A stretch of 64,000 nt of DNA from Lingula anatina (GCA_051362555.1 CM120640.1:38418788-38482787), one strand, 5' to 3'; shown: positions 33,373 to 47,407, counted from the stretch's first letter. Notes: generated by a model not told the origin, from the sequence alone. Program-made: numbers and translations.

Positions 33373-34008
33373 CTTGAAAGGCCGCTCACAGCATAGAAAG
33401 TAAATGAGTCTATTCATTGCTTGTTTATTGATATTCTGAAGAACATAATTAAATAACGCAATTTTAGTAGCTAGAAAATAGGAATGTATAGAAAAAACAA
33501 GAAACGTTTATCTAAGTTGAACCAAAAATAGAGAAATTATTTACATCCTAAGGAGCATATACCATTCCCATTTTCTTTTCAGTATTTTGCTCTCCTTTGC
33601 AACATCTATTTGACAAACATTTTTTTATGGCCATGCTTAGCCTACCTTCGTGTGGATCACGCCGACAGATTTAATAATGGTCATCATTTTCATATCACAG
33701 ACAGGGCAGGTAACAAGCAACATCAGAAAGGACATTGTACATGAAAGTGAAAGAATGTGCATGTGCAGTGAATTAGGTGAACTGGCTTCGGCACAGCAAA
33801 TCGCACCCAACTGGCTATAGTTAACCTCCTGAACTCCCAGTATTTGTGCATGAATAATTGCATAGTATTAGTAAAAGTAAATTTTATAAATCTTTGTCAA
33901 AGGGTAGGGTTAAGTACAACAAAACAACTTTTTTACCACTTATATCTCATTACAGTGATACAAGGAAGAAACTGGAATAGTTGACCATTGCAACAGGAAT
34001 CGGGAGAA
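33373..34008. promoter_or_regulatory. Divergent LAP3/ZDHHC16 intergenic region (putative bidirectional promoter and 5' UTRs)
   Basis: Head-to-head start codons about 640 bp apart. Confidence 0.5.
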
Positions 34009-37000
34009 ATGCCAAGATTTCACTGCAGAATTGGTCTACTTCTGCAAAATGTGAAGGATTATATGAACAAACAATGGAGATTGCTTATAATTACATATAG
34101 AACTCTTTTCTATAACTCATTTACGTCATGGGGCATAGCACTGGACACTGCCATGGAGCCTCTGTTTTGGCTTGTAGAAAGACTAGCAAAACACTTAGGA
34201 CCAGTATGTATACATTGTTAGCTTTTTAATAAACAAATAGCTCTTTTAAATCATTATTTTGTATAAAAAAATAAAAGCATTTTCCAATTGCATGATTAAT
34301 GCAAGATATGTTTGTTATATAAACCTATGCGAGGTGCAGTGGTACTATATAGTACTATAGTATATAAATTAAGGGTCTGTTAAGAGCTCTAGATCGAGTG
34401 TATTAGTATAATGTCATTCACTTGATTTTTAAGGTAGAAAAATAATTAAACTTTACTTAGATCAATTTTAGTTATAATGCCTGATTTGTATGTTTTTCAT
34501 TTAAAAGTACTGTATCATTGAAAAAGAATAGCATATAGAAGTCATTCTTCTGAAATTAAATGATTGTGTTCTGTATTTCCTTTCAGATATTTGTATGTCT
34601 AGTCACGATTCTCACTTCATCTGTGGTGCTGATTTTTTACATCTATATATTGCCTCATGTTCATCACACTAGTACTGGCTGGACTGTTTTCCATCTTATC
34701 TTTGGACATTGGCTGCTGGTCAATATAGTGTTCCATTATGTAATGGGTGTGTGCACTCCACCTGGGTCTCCACCAGAGGTATGTCAGGGACAATTAGGGA
34801 CATATTGGATAATGTGTATAATTCTGGAAATGTGATTGTCATCCTAAGCATTAGTAAATTAACATGTATTCCTAGTGAATTTTGAATTCATGAGTAAGCC
34901 CTGATCACATAGAGAATGTTGATAGAAATTAGTTTAGACATGTTGCAGACAGCCATAATTGTACTGTAGATGGTACGTATAGTTTTTTTTTTTTTTTTTT
35001 TTTTTGTGTAATACAACATTAATTAAGATTTAAATTCATTTTGTCAAAGATGTTATATATATTTGTCATTTTTTGAAAGTACTAGTAAGTAATCTAGTCC
35101 TTGACCTTGAAACAGATGTATATTGAAATGTTCTGATAAAATTTTTTTTGTAATGATATCATGATTCCTATTTTTATTAAATAAAAGATATTTATACTTG
35201 TTGTCTTTATTAATTTCAGAAAGTCACAGAAGTTGTGTCAATATGCAAAAAGTGCATTAGTCCCAAGCCTCCAAGGACTCACCATTGTAGTGTGTGCAAT
35301 AAATGTGTGCTCAAAATGGACCACCATTGTCGTATCCTTTTATAGGTACATGTATTTAGAAAAAACAATAAGCATGAATGAGTATGGGCTGCATGTGTGT
35401 GTGTGTGTGTGTGCATGCATGCATGCTTGTGCGAACAATCTTGTCTTAAAGAAAACCATTTATTATATAATGATCAGGTCAATTGGATATTGGTTTTGGA
35501 CTGTATAAAGTCATTTTTTATTGCTCTTTTTAATAGTCTGTTTAATAGAAGTTGCTTTTAAGCTCCTTAATTCTATAACAGCATGGCTGAACAATTGTGT
35601 CGGCCACTATAACCACCGTTACTTTTTCATGTTTATGGTTTACATGTGGATAGGGGTGGTGTATGTTTGTGCCTCTGTTTTTGAACTCTTCAAACAAGAA
35701 TTCTTTGGTGTTAATAGGAAGGCAAGTAATGATCATGATCTCAGGTTTTAATAAGATTTTGACTTTTAAAAAATCCATTAGTATGTGGGAAAACCCATTA
35801 TTTTTCCTTTTTTATGTGATCCTTTGAGAGGGTCTGTCATAGTATTTGTTTACTAGCACATTTAATTTATTATTTTAATTTCAGTATTTTATGATTATAT
35901 TTTAATGATTTTTTTCTATTTTTTTATTAATAAAGTTCTGATGTGCACAGACTGAAAGAAATTTATCTTATGGTATGGAGTAAAAGTGATCTGAAACTTA
36001 TAACTTTCTTCATTTAGGGTTTCAGTTTAGTTTTTCCAACACTTATGGCTCCATTTGCTGTGTCAAGTGATCTCTATTCTGTAAGTACTCAGTATATTGT
36101 TGGCTGCAGCAAGCTGGTAAAGCATGAGCTGAGATCTGAATTGTTTATGTCATTTATGTGTTTTCAATTTTCAAATGTGAATTCAATTTCAATATAGAAC
36201 AGAAGTATCATAGCTATATTTGTGTATGTCTGTGACAATGCTGTCTGTGCATTTGGTAACTTTGCTGAAAATGATTTTATCTAAAAAAAAACATAACGAA
36301 AGCATCTTCTCTTAAATGTAACTGTTATTAGCTCATTTGTGCACGTTTGACACAATATTCTGTAGGGAAGTGTTAGAGGTGATATTTTTTCTGCACTGAG
36401 AGCTGGGGTAATTTTTTTAAACTCACTTTTTTCTCCTGCTTTTAAGAGTGTTATACATGCTTCTTGCTATTTTTCTCATTTGCCGCATCATAAATAATGA
36501 GAAAGTGATTCATTAATGGGAAGCTTAACTCATCTTTATTGTGACAGTATGCATTAGATTAGTTGAAAAATATATTTCTTATGTCATTTTCTATAACAGT
36601 GCTTCTTACTATTTTTCTTAATCATATCTTTTGCATCACAACAAAAATGGCAAAATGTCGTAATTCTTCAATGGAAAGCTTCAATCATAACAGTTGTATT
36701 TTGGAAATGCATGAATCTTACAGCATCTGGAAAATAAATTGACTTAAAAATTATAACATCCTGCTGATGGGCTTCCTTTTTATCTATGTAGTTCAAACAA
36801 GAAGCCATTGGCGTGTGCTATGATTGGAGCTGGGAAGATGAGATGCAAATGTGTTGGGTGAGAAATGCCTACAGAAAGCTGAGATATTTAGTTGAATTTT
36901 CTCTAATTTTAGTTGTGTTTTAACAGTGCATTTTGTTTACTCTTCACAAATTGCAACAAAAAAATAAGTGCCTTTCCAAGCTTATCTCAATTCTATGAAG

Positions 37001-37970
37001 AATATAGTTACTTTTTTTCAGGCCAATGAGACAATATCAGACATGGAGCATTTACAATCCCTGGAACAAAACTTTGGAATATACCATTTCTGTGTAATTT
37101 ATGAGTTTTTACTGTGTAGTGGAGTTATCATAGCCTTGGGACTGTTAATGCTGTGGCATGCATTGCTTATTACCAGAGCAGAGACGAGCATTGAAGTGCA
37201 CCTGAACAAGAGAGATAAAAAGAGGATGAAAAGTCAGGGATTGGTACGTTCCTTATATATCTAGACCTGTAATATCTTTAGGGGTTAGTCTTTTGGTATT
37301 GAGTGAAATACAATAAAATTTAAAGTCACGTTTTAAATAATGGAGGGGAGGTTTTTACTCTTGATAGATCCATGTACAGTTACAAAGTTTCTACAGCCAA
37401 TAATGAAATACTGTTGTTCCAGGGATTTGGGATTAAGATTTATAATCAGACTGCATGGAACAGTGTATTTATAGTCTCTAGTCTGTTCCTTTGAATTTGA
37501 TAACATGATATTGTTTTTAGGTGTTTAAGAATCCATATAACTTTGGTCGTCTACAAAATTGGAAGCATTTCTGGGGCCTAAGAGATGGAAGGTAAGATTT
37601 ACATGTATAGTTATATAAAAGAATCAGCCCATAATTATTTTTTATGCAATTTCTTTTCTGGGTAGATATTTAATGGTTCTTCACTAATTATGTTATATAT
37701 ATATATTATTTTTTTTTATTATTGTTTATATCTTATGCCTATACTGCTGTATTTCTAATGCTCATTCATGTAAAAAAATGTTAGTCTGTTATTGATCTAT
37801 ACTTCTCATTAAGCTGGCATTTATTCCTCTGTCTGGTCTCATTTTTGGTGGTATATTTCAGATCTTTTATTCGACATGTATTGTTTCCATCAAGACACAA
37901 ACCTATAGGAAATGGAATCACATGGGAAACGGCAACATATAAAATAGAAAAAGAGTTACACGATATCTGA
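34009..37970 (+). CDS. ZDHHC16: Palmitoyltransferase ZDHHC16-like (8 coding exons)
   Basis: Exons 34009-34203, 34587-34778, 35220-35331, 35582-35721, 36018-36080, 37022-37243, 37521-37591 and 37862-37970. They contain [91 protein letters not shown] and [18 protein letters not shown]. Confidence 0.92.
35332..35581 (+). other. U12-type (minor spliceosome) GT-AG intron within the DHHC-CPW motif
   Basis: The 5' site GTATCCTTT is the U12 consensus. Branch-site-like TCCTTAAT at 35564-35571 lies about 10 nt before the AG; there is no long polypyrimidine tract. Confidence 0.85.
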
Positions 37971-38399
37971 TATTAAAATCATTAGTAACTTTTAATGAAG
38001 TAGATTTAGCATTATTTTGAGATAAATGTGATGGATCACAAAAGAAGCAAATGTGGAGGAGCACAACTTCCCAGATTGAATTTTTATGTCAAGTGTAATA
38101 AGATGACCTTAGATTTTATCTTTTCTTTTAAAGGAACTGCTTGTTAGAATTTTGCGTAGAAAAGATGGCATTTCCAAGGGACTAATTATGACCAGTGTGA
38201 CCCATTTTAAACTTATTTTAGAAATAACAGTATAGTATATTAAATGTATGTCTTTCAGACCATTCTTTCTTCACTTCAGATAAAATGCAATTTTTGAGCA
38301 GTATTTATCTAAAAAGAATAGTAATTTTCACCTACTCATTAGTTATTGTTAAACCTGCTCCTGCTATTGGATTTTTCATTTTAGGCCTTTTTAATCAAA

Positions 38400-38945
38400 G
38401 AGCTCATTCTCAACGAATTAAGCCAGGCTTTACAAAGCCGGTGACCTAAAAATGGCCGACGTACATGAAAGAAAAACCGCCTAATCTTTTAATAGTCTCT
38501 CCGCCTCTCACACGCCTCCCCACATGTCGTCCCTGCGGGGTACAGTAATTAAATCTCGGCTCCGAACATTAATATTTCCGTGAATATCTCTGGTGATATT
38601 ATCTCCGTAGATAGTCGATTCATTGCTGCTCTACGGGCCAAATTATTCCTTTTTCGTCTCTGTTTTCAAAGATAATAGAACAGAAGAGTTTTTTTCCTTC
38701 GATTGCCTTCAGCCGGCATTCTTTCTTCACCACGAGTTTAACTGATGAGCATGCGCACTTAATATTTCTCAGGTAGCTTCCACATGGCGAACGGAGACGC
38801 GATTTAATTACTGTACCCCACAGGGACGACGTGTGGGGAGGCGGAGAGACTATTAAAAGATTAGGCGGTTTTTCTTTCATGTACGTCCTCCATTTTTAGG
38901 TCACCGGCTTTGTAAAGCCTGGCTTAATTCGTTGAGAATGCGCTC
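38400..38945. mobile_element. PIF/Harbinger-like (Tourist-type) MITE with ~170-bp TIRs, family C
   Basis: Left GAGCTCATTCTCAACGAATTAAGCCAGGC...; right ...GCCTGGCTTAATTCGTTGAGAATGCGCTC. AAA flanks both ends (3-bp TSD). The related copy at 56569 has a TAA TSD. Confidence 0.85.
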
Positions 38946-39688
38946 AAATACTTTTAGTTCTAATTGTTCACCATAATGACTGTTTAAATGGCCACATCTG
39001 TTAATTGGGATTTTTATAATTTTCAAGGTCTGAATGGGGAAACAAAAGTACCTTTATAGAATGTGCAGACAGTAATTTTTACTTTTCAGCATTTTCAAAT
39101 GAAAAAAAATATACTTTTAAGAATGAAGTTACGTGCCTCAAGAACAGATCATAGGGTGTTAAAAGGAAAATCTAATATCTAGACAGCAAAATTATGAAAA
39201 GGAAATACATTATTATTTGAAGTATTACCATGGCATCAATTTTTTTAAATCTCAGTTCATATAGATATTTTGTATTCTAATACTTTATTCCAAATGTGTA
39301 ATGTATTATTACACTATGTATGCAAAAATCATTTTAAATAAAACAATTTCATGAGACCAGTTCAGTTTTTTGATCTTTTTATTTTGACCAACTTTTTCTA
39401 TAATTTTCTCTTTAACATGATTTTGTAAAATGTTTCCCATACAAATATCATTTGTATACTAAATGTCACTGCTGCTTTTTGTTTGTGTCAGTATTACTTC
39501 ATTACTTAATGACTTGTATTCCACTTTGTCAGCCAATCAGGCTAGAAAGATATCTGACCTTGATATTTCATTTTCAAGTCTAGTGAGGCTGAAGCAACAA
39601 ACTTCATGGTAGCTCAACCACTTAATATTTTCTAATAGTCACTTCCTTACTGAAAGCAAAATATAATCCATAAAAATACCCACAGATG

Positions 39689-40906
39689 CTACCTAATATT
39701 GGACATAGTTTGTTCGAGATAAGCCAAAGGTCCATGAGGATACATCTGTCCTTGTGATTGCTGCCCTCCTGGGGTCTGAGAAGCAGCAGGAGTGGAAGGC
39801 TGGTGGGGCTGTTGTTGTTGTTGCTGGCCCGCTGGCATTGATGTCTGTGCCCCTGAAATTCCATCTCTCAACATGCTCTGCCACTGAAGAAGTTTTTCAT
39901 AATGTTTTTGTATAAGTTGTTCTTTGCGTATAAGTTCTTTTTTCAGATCTTGGGTTTCCTGAAGAAGACAAAAGGCAATAAATTATACAAACAGAACAAA
40001 AAAGAAAGTGTTTCAAAAAAGTATGCATTGTTTTTTCTTTTTTTAAGTAAGATACGAAGTTTCCTCATAACCTCATATAATACATCTACTATTCATCTTC
40101 TCAAAAGTAAATAATAATATCTAGAAAAAATATCAGAAACTAACATTATATTATATTATATGATTAATCAGTGACAAGATATTTAATGTTTTAGTAATCC
40201 ACATGTTCTCTTTGGCCATGTACACAAATTAAATAACTTAAAAAAGAAAATCCAGTACCATTTCGAAAATCCATCAGAAATTAATCAGAATATCAATTTT
40301 AACTGAAATTTCCGTGTAACTTCACATCATTTGCTCTTACCTCCATGATGATTTGTTCTGGTTTGTGAACCGAAAGCAGCATTCTTTTCTGAATAAACCA
40401 TGCTTCATTCTGCTTTGCAACATCTAAAAACTTTTGAATAGACAGCTCCACTCCTTCAAAATACAAAGAGGGCGGTGACACACAATGCAGATCATGTTGC
40501 TTGTGGTTTTGGATGAAACCGGTGTAATATTAAATTTAAAACAAATAAATTGTAGATCACATGTATTAAAAATTTTAACAGCAACACTGAACTTTAAACG
40601 AAATAAAGAAAATGGAAAAGATGTTACCTGTTTTAGTTTCGTCTGAATCAACGCCATTAAAATGATCTTGATTTAGTATTGAAGAAAAGCATGTCTGCAA
40701 AATATGATCAAATGGTAAGCTATGTGAAAGTAATTACAGTATCTTTTAAGACGATTTTAATTGATATATTTAAATTCTTATTTACTATGTCAGTCAACCC
40801 ATCGTCAATTATAGGCGAAATTTTACTCTTTTCAAGCGAAGATCAACTTTTATACCTGAAATGCAGCTTCAAACTCGTCGATAAGATTCTCCCCGCCAGA
40901 AGCCAT
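39689..40906 (-). CDS. MED28: Mediator of RNA polymerase II transcription subunit 28 (4 exons)
   Basis: Exons 40856-40906, 40628-40694, 40341-40453 and 39689-39958: [23 protein letters not shown]...[31 protein letters not shown]...HKPEQII..., ending [14 protein letters not shown]. Confidence 0.92.
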
Positions 40907-40923
40907 GACAGAAAAAGACTCAG

Positions 40924-40935
40924 TACGCATGCGTA
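40924..40935. promoter_or_regulatory. NRF1/EWG-like palindrome in the MED28/TMEM127 divergent region
   Basis: Perfect palindrome TACGCATGCGTA (core CGCATGCG), 18 nt from the MED28 ATG in a 416-bp head-to-head gap. Confidence 0.45.
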
Positions 40936-41322
40936 GTAACTATCATGAATCCAATGTATTATGTACTTGTAAATATCATTTATCAATTTCATTCAGTTTT
41001 CAAAGTTTATGAATTAATATGATTCGTTTCAAATAAATATATCAATTAAAATGCTTTTTGATCATAAAAAGAATGAGAAAACATTACATGATAGAGAAAT
41101 GAATCCGCTAATCAATTATTGAAACTGCTCTGGGCTATTGATAGTTATGTAGTTCCTGGTTGTTGTAAACAGAGGTGGAGTGTTCAACCTACAATTGCAT
41201 TTAATTTTCGTTCTGCGAAATTGTTTGTCATGGCTTAAACGACTTGTCCTATGGGTGCATGTAAACTTCAGGAATCAGGAGAATAACATTTCACATTTGG
41301 AAATCACTACTGTAATAGGAAA

Positions 41323-41710
41323 ATGCCGCGAGACCGCGAGGGGTCCAGCTCAGGTTCGAGTCGTAGACACGGACACAGGCGTCATTCCAGTCACAGACAC
41401 AGGCGGCGATTTCGTTTAAAAAACCGTGAAAGAAACTTTGCAGCTGCAGTTTGTAGTATGGTGGCTATTGTAACATTATGTACAGCTTTAGCAGAACCAG
41501 CCTGGTTCTATTCAAAAGGAGGAGGGTGTCGATACAAAAGGTTTTCTACAATGCTAAATATGACATTAGGTGTCAGTAATTTCTTTTACCTTGGACACTT
41601 CGAAAAGTACGATCAGCCTGCACCGAACGACGAAACCAAACTTGTAACACATTACATATTATATTATGGTGCAGATCCGACAGAAAGTGAGTTATAAATT
41701 AGTAAATCAA

Positions 41711-41798
<88 letters not shown>

Positions 41799-43081
41799 CT
41801 GAATAAGTTATTTTGGCACATGCAAAGTATCCCAACATCTAATATTTATAAATAATTTAAAGGCACTCGGTAGTTACATGCCAAAATTAATATTCCTGGT
41901 GAAAAAATCAATTTTCTCCTACTCATAAGTCTTTGCTGGGCCCGTCCCTGCACTTGGATTAGATGTTTTATTCCGTTTTCATATTGATAATTTACTGTGA
42001 AGCATTAATATAGATACATTTGAATAAGCAATGGTTTAATATATCTTTCTTTCCTTTTTTATTTTCAGCTTTGGTTGATTGTGTAACAGAAAAAGGAGCT
42101 CTTGTTATGCAGTGTATAATTGGTCTTGTATTTGCTGCGATCATATTTAGTGGAGCTGGCTTCGCATTAGATTTATATGGGCCAGCACAAAGGTTATTGA
42201 AACAGATTAGAAGACATGCAGTGTGGAACATACTAGCAGGTTTGTATAAAAAAATTCTCTAACTCTTTAAACAAATTATATAACTCTGACACAGTTGTTT
42301 TTGTTACATGCACCTCTGTTTGTTTTACATTGGTTTTGTTTTAAACTGGCCTTGAATATTGGAATTGCTTATCATCAATCAATAGATATATAACAATTGC
42401 TAGATATTTCAAGGAACTATGTTATTGCTATGTGAAGAAATGAGATTTTATTTGTGAAGTGTCCCATGATCTGAAAGTTATCAGACTACTGTAGCAAGGA
42501 AGTCTATTGACTGTTTACTGCAGACAGTCCATAGTTAATTAGTCTGCCTGCAAACATTATATGGCAACTTTGGTAGGTGTGAAACATTTGGCAGCTGCCT
42601 CCCCTCCTTATTTGCTATAATTTATAACCATTCATCTGTATTAAAACCTTTTATTTTTTCACTTTGATCTGAAAACTTCTGTAGGAAAATCATTTTCAGC
42701 ATTGTTTAAGTTTCTTGTTAATACATTCTCTTTTCTTTATATTTTTCAGTGCTTGTATGCGTCACTGTGAATGGCTTTTGCTTCTGGGAAGCACAGTTGA
42801 TAAAAGATTTACAAGAGAAGACCAAGCATCATGCAGGCAGCAAGGTGGAAGTGCATTTTGATGTCAGTTTCTATTTGGTCACTGCAGCGGGTGCTGTGTC
42901 AGTCATAGCAGTGGCGTGTAACTTGCTGCAGAGATACCCGCCAATCCATGACTCCCGTCGTAGTAGTGATAGACACAGATTAATGGAAGACTTTGATGGG
43001 ATGGAGGTTATCCCTCCCTTGGGTGCTGAGCTTATTCCTCCAGTGACAAATGTACCCCCTCCTCCACCTTATGCTCCATGA
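41323..43081 (+). CDS. TMEM127: Transmembrane protein 127 (3 coding exons)
   Basis: Exons 41323-41686, 42069-42239 and 42750-43081. They contain ERNFAAA..LCTALAEPAWFYSKGGGC, LDLYGP..RRHAVWNILAV, GFCFW..HHAGSKVEVHFDVSFYLVTAAG..ACNLL and a C-terminal PPPPPYAP (PY motif). Confidence 0.93.
41713..41795. repeat. (CT)n microsatellite in TMEM127 intron 1
   Basis: About 40 CT units. Confidence 0.95.
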
Positions 43082-44050
43082 GGTCTGATTTAAAATGCCA
43101 TTAGTGGAGGCTTGTGTGTGTTTTAGAGCCTGTTTTTTAAAAAATTCATGGAGACTTTAGATGGTACATTACTTATTTGGTGTTTTATAACTGAAAAAGT
43201 GAAAGTGTTGCTGAACATTTATTTTTAGTCTAGTCTGGTCATGCTTAAGTGTTTTTTTTTTTTTTTTTTCTGTTGAAGAGAACTGTAAAGTTGCAACTAT
43301 TTATTATATTTTCCATGCTGTATGTCAGCTACTTGTTGTATAATGAGTTTTATTTAAACAGATATAGAATTGGATGCCCTTTTATTATATTTCTAACAGT
43401 TATTTATAGAGATAGCTTTGGCATTCTGCTTATTATCAAGATCAGACAAATAATTAGATTTTTTCTTATTACATCTGATTTTTAAACACCAAATTATGTA
43501 TCTGAAGCAATAACAAATGAGGTCATAATAATGAAACATATATGCAGGACAAAGCGTTTCTGTTAAATGCATTTTTATTGACGAAATTAGTTTTAAAGAA
43601 ACTTTTATTATTATTATTATTATTATTCATGTTACTACAGGACTGTACTTGATCCAGTCTCGTAAAAGAATTAAAAGCCCACAATGAGTAATATACCTAA
43701 TATGACAAAAAATTCCTCTTAATTTTATGTCCTTACATTTGAGTGAAAAGTGTGTAGGATTTAAACATGAGTTTTGTAAATTACTACTTGTTGAACCCAC
43801 TTTATTTATGCCATGAACTTCATGTTCCCCCCACCCCCCCACCCCCCCACCCCCAATTTTTTTTTCTTATTGTTGTTTTTATGCTCTAAAATTGTTTACA
43901 TTGACTATACCGTGGGTTTGGCACTTCCCCAAGTAGGATGAATTTTTTTTTTTTTTTTTAAGACCAATGTGCAACAAAGTTCGTTGTGAAACTGACCTGT
44001 TTGAAATTTGATGGCATCAGGATATGAAACGCTGATCTTTATTATTATTT

Positions 44051-46754
44051 TTATGTACAGACACAGATGTGTCTGTACATATTGCCATCACCTGCGTCTG
44101 TCGTCGCCGATGGCGATGGCGATGGCGATGGCGATGGCGATGGCGATGCCGATGCCGGCGCCGTGCACTTTCCTTGTAAACACGATAAGTGGAGGGCAGT
44201 TTTACTTTTTGGCTTTATATTTACAGAGCTGATGAATATTCATAAAACGCAGGTCAAGTTCGAAAATCAGCATGATCGGGCCATTATTGTAGAAGTTATG
44301 CTGTTTTTTCACTTTTCAGCATATTTTTCACATTTCCTCAGATTCAATTCTTAGGCATGTTAACAGTCTCATTATTAAACTAATAAGATACGTAAAAGTG
44401 TTTGTTTGACATTTCCTGCATCTTTACAACATTGTTAGTTGATTTTGTAAAAATGATGGTAAACTTTTTATCGTGTATTGTGTAATAAAGTTTCAAAAAT
44501 GGAAATAAACTCATATCATTGCAGTTTGTCAGATTGAATTATTCACTATGTTCAGAATCTCAGAATGGAAGAAATTGGACATTTAACACTGCTCTGTTGA
44601 TATTTTTCCCATCTCATCAATTTTCTTAGTTGATAATATAAAAATGGCAGTAAACTGTTAATTTTGTTTTATGTTAAAAATTGTTAAAAATGGAAAAAAA
44701 AAACATTTCAGAACAGTGCTGTCTTGTTTACATTTTGGCATTTTCAAGTTGTGACTTTGAAGTTCCATGGGCCTGAAGACCTTTGCTAGTCACATTTTCT
44801 GAATATCCATGATACTAATATTTTATTATTAAAAATTGATGGTCATCATGCTGTTAAACATTATGTAATATTGCATCAAAATTTGAAAAAAACCTATTTT
44901 GGGCACTGCTCCCATGATGACCATTTAAGAAAAACCATGTCACTTACTGTTCTCAAACAGTACAGTAAATATATATAGATGTGTCTGTACATATTGCCAT
45001 CACCTGCGTCTGTCGTCGCCGTCGCCGTCGGCGCCGTGCACTTTCCTTGTAAACACGATAAGTGGAAGGCAGTTTTACTTTTTGGCTTTATATTTACAGA
45101 GCTGATGAATATTCATAAAATGCAGGTCAAGTTCGAAAATCAGCATGATCGGGCCATTATTGTAGAAGTTATGCTGTTTTTTCACTTTTCAGCATATATG
45201 CAACACTGTAAACACATTTCAACGAAAACCAATAGGCCTGTTGTCATGAAACTCACAGGAAAAATTGATCTTACTAAAACGCAGGTCAAGTTCGAAAATT
45301 GGCATGATCGGGCCACTATTTTAGTAGTTATGCTTTTTTTTCTTTTTTCAGCATATATGCAACACTGTAAACACAATATAAGAAAAACAGATAGGCCAAT
45401 TGTCATTAAACTCACAGGAGTGGTCAATCCTGCTAAAACGCAAGTCAAGTTCAAAAATCAGCATAATCAGGCCATTATTTTAGAAGTTATGCTGTTTTTT
45501 ACATTTCCTTAGATTCAATTCTTAGGCATGTTAACAGTTTCATTATTTAATTAATAAGATATGTAAAAGTGTTTTTTTGACATTTCCTGCATCTTTACTA
45601 CATTGTTAGTTGATTTTGTAAAAATGATGTTAAACTTGTTATTGTGTATTGTGTAATAAAGTTTCAAAAATGGAAATAAACTCATATCATTGCAGTTTGT
45701 CAGATTGAATCATTCACTATGTTCAGAATCTCAGAATGGAGGAAATTGGACATTTGACACTATTCTATTGATATTTTTCCCATCTCATCAATTTTCTTAG
45801 TTGATCATATAAAAATGGCAGGTAACTGTTAATTTTGTTTTATGTTAAAAATTGTTAAAAATGGAAATAAACCCATTTCAGAACAGTGCTGTCTTGTTTA
45901 CATTTTGGCATTTTCAAGTTCTTGCTTTGAAGTTCCATGGGCCTAAAGACCTTTGCTAGTCACATTTTCTGAATATCCATGATACTAATATTTTATTATT
46001 AAAAATTGATGGTCATTATGCTGTTAAACATTATGTAATATTGCATCAAAATTTGAAAAAAACCTATTTTGGGCACTGCTCCCATGATGACCATTTAAGA
46101 AAAACCATGTCACTTACTGTTCTCAAACAGTACAGTAAATATGTACAGATGTGTCTGTACATATTGCCATCACCTGCGTCTGTCGTCCCCGTCATCGCTG
46201 TTGCCGGCACCTTGCACTTTCCTTGTAAACACGATAAGTGGAAGGCAGTTTTACTTTTTGGCTTTATATTTACAGAGCTGATGAATATTCATAAAATGCA
46301 GGTCAAGTTCGAAAATCAGCATGATCGGGCCATTATTGTAGAAGTTATGCTTTTTTCTTTCACTTTTCAACATATATGCAACATTGTAAACACATTTCAA
46401 GGAAAACCGATAGGCCTGTTGTCGTGAAACTCTCAGGAGTAATCGATCTTACTAAAACGGAGGTCAAGTTCGAAAATTGGCATGCAGCCTGAGTTGGAAA
46501 AGCAGTCTAATTGGCTTCTTTTTCTGGAAGTTATACATTTTCAAAGTGTGAACTTGAACTCTCATGGGCCTGAAGCCTTATGCTTGTTACACATTTTACT
46601 TTCATTGGTATTACCTGTTGAGCATAATTAAAATTTGATGTTGAATTTACAGTTTAACATAATGTACTTTTGCATCAGAATAAACAGTAGCCTATTTTGT
46701 GCATAGTTATTTCCTGCTTTTTGTCTGTACATTTGACAGCTTTGCTGCCTTGTT
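44051..46754 (+). mobile_element. HINE family A, composite of three head-to-tail partial units
   Basis: 5' hairpin TGTACAGACACAGATGTGTCTGTACA + (GATGGC)n. The head restarts at ~44977 and ~46145. The 3' end is TGTCTGTACATTTGACAGCTTTGCTGCCTTGTT. Confidence 0.8.
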
Positions 46755-47407
46755 TAAATTATTATTTATTCATTTATTGTAAAATCGTATATTGTTTTTG
46801 TTATGTACACCATCCACCAATCTGAGGATTGTTTTAATAACCCAGTGCTTGCTGCCTGGATACTGTAAAACATTACTGTACATTTATTTGTGGGATTGTA
46901 AAAAAAAGTCATGCATTCGTACTCTTCCCTGTACCACTTTTATCTGGCTATTGAATATAATGGATACTTTTTATTTACAAGTATTGAGTTGCCCATTTTA
47001 GCTTGCATTTAGTGTTGATGTAAATAAGGATGATCCATTTTCAGATAAAGTTTAGCTTTGGATTGTATCAAATTTGAATTTTAGGGGTGAATGTCAATAT
47101 GTCTTTGTTTATGAAGAAACTGCATATTTTATACTGTGATCAACGAAAAAATATAAATAAAATTCCTAACAGAGCAAGGACTTGCAATTTATTATGCAAG
47201 AATCTAGTGTTTGTGGGTGCCACTAAAATGCCAAGTTAACATTTCACATGTTTGTGCCCTACTGAATTTAGCACAGGCTCCTATGGCAGGGCTACTCTCT
47301 GACCACACTGGCCCCTACTAGTCTGTTACAAAATAGCTGAAAAGTTTCTTCCACACTTTTGTGATATAAGAAGATGCCTATATATGGGCTATGGTACAGT
47401 TTTTTTA

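Noticed and set aside
39805-39826. Poly-Gln tract in MED28
   Set aside because: A short (Q6) low-complexity insert, common in Mediator subunits.
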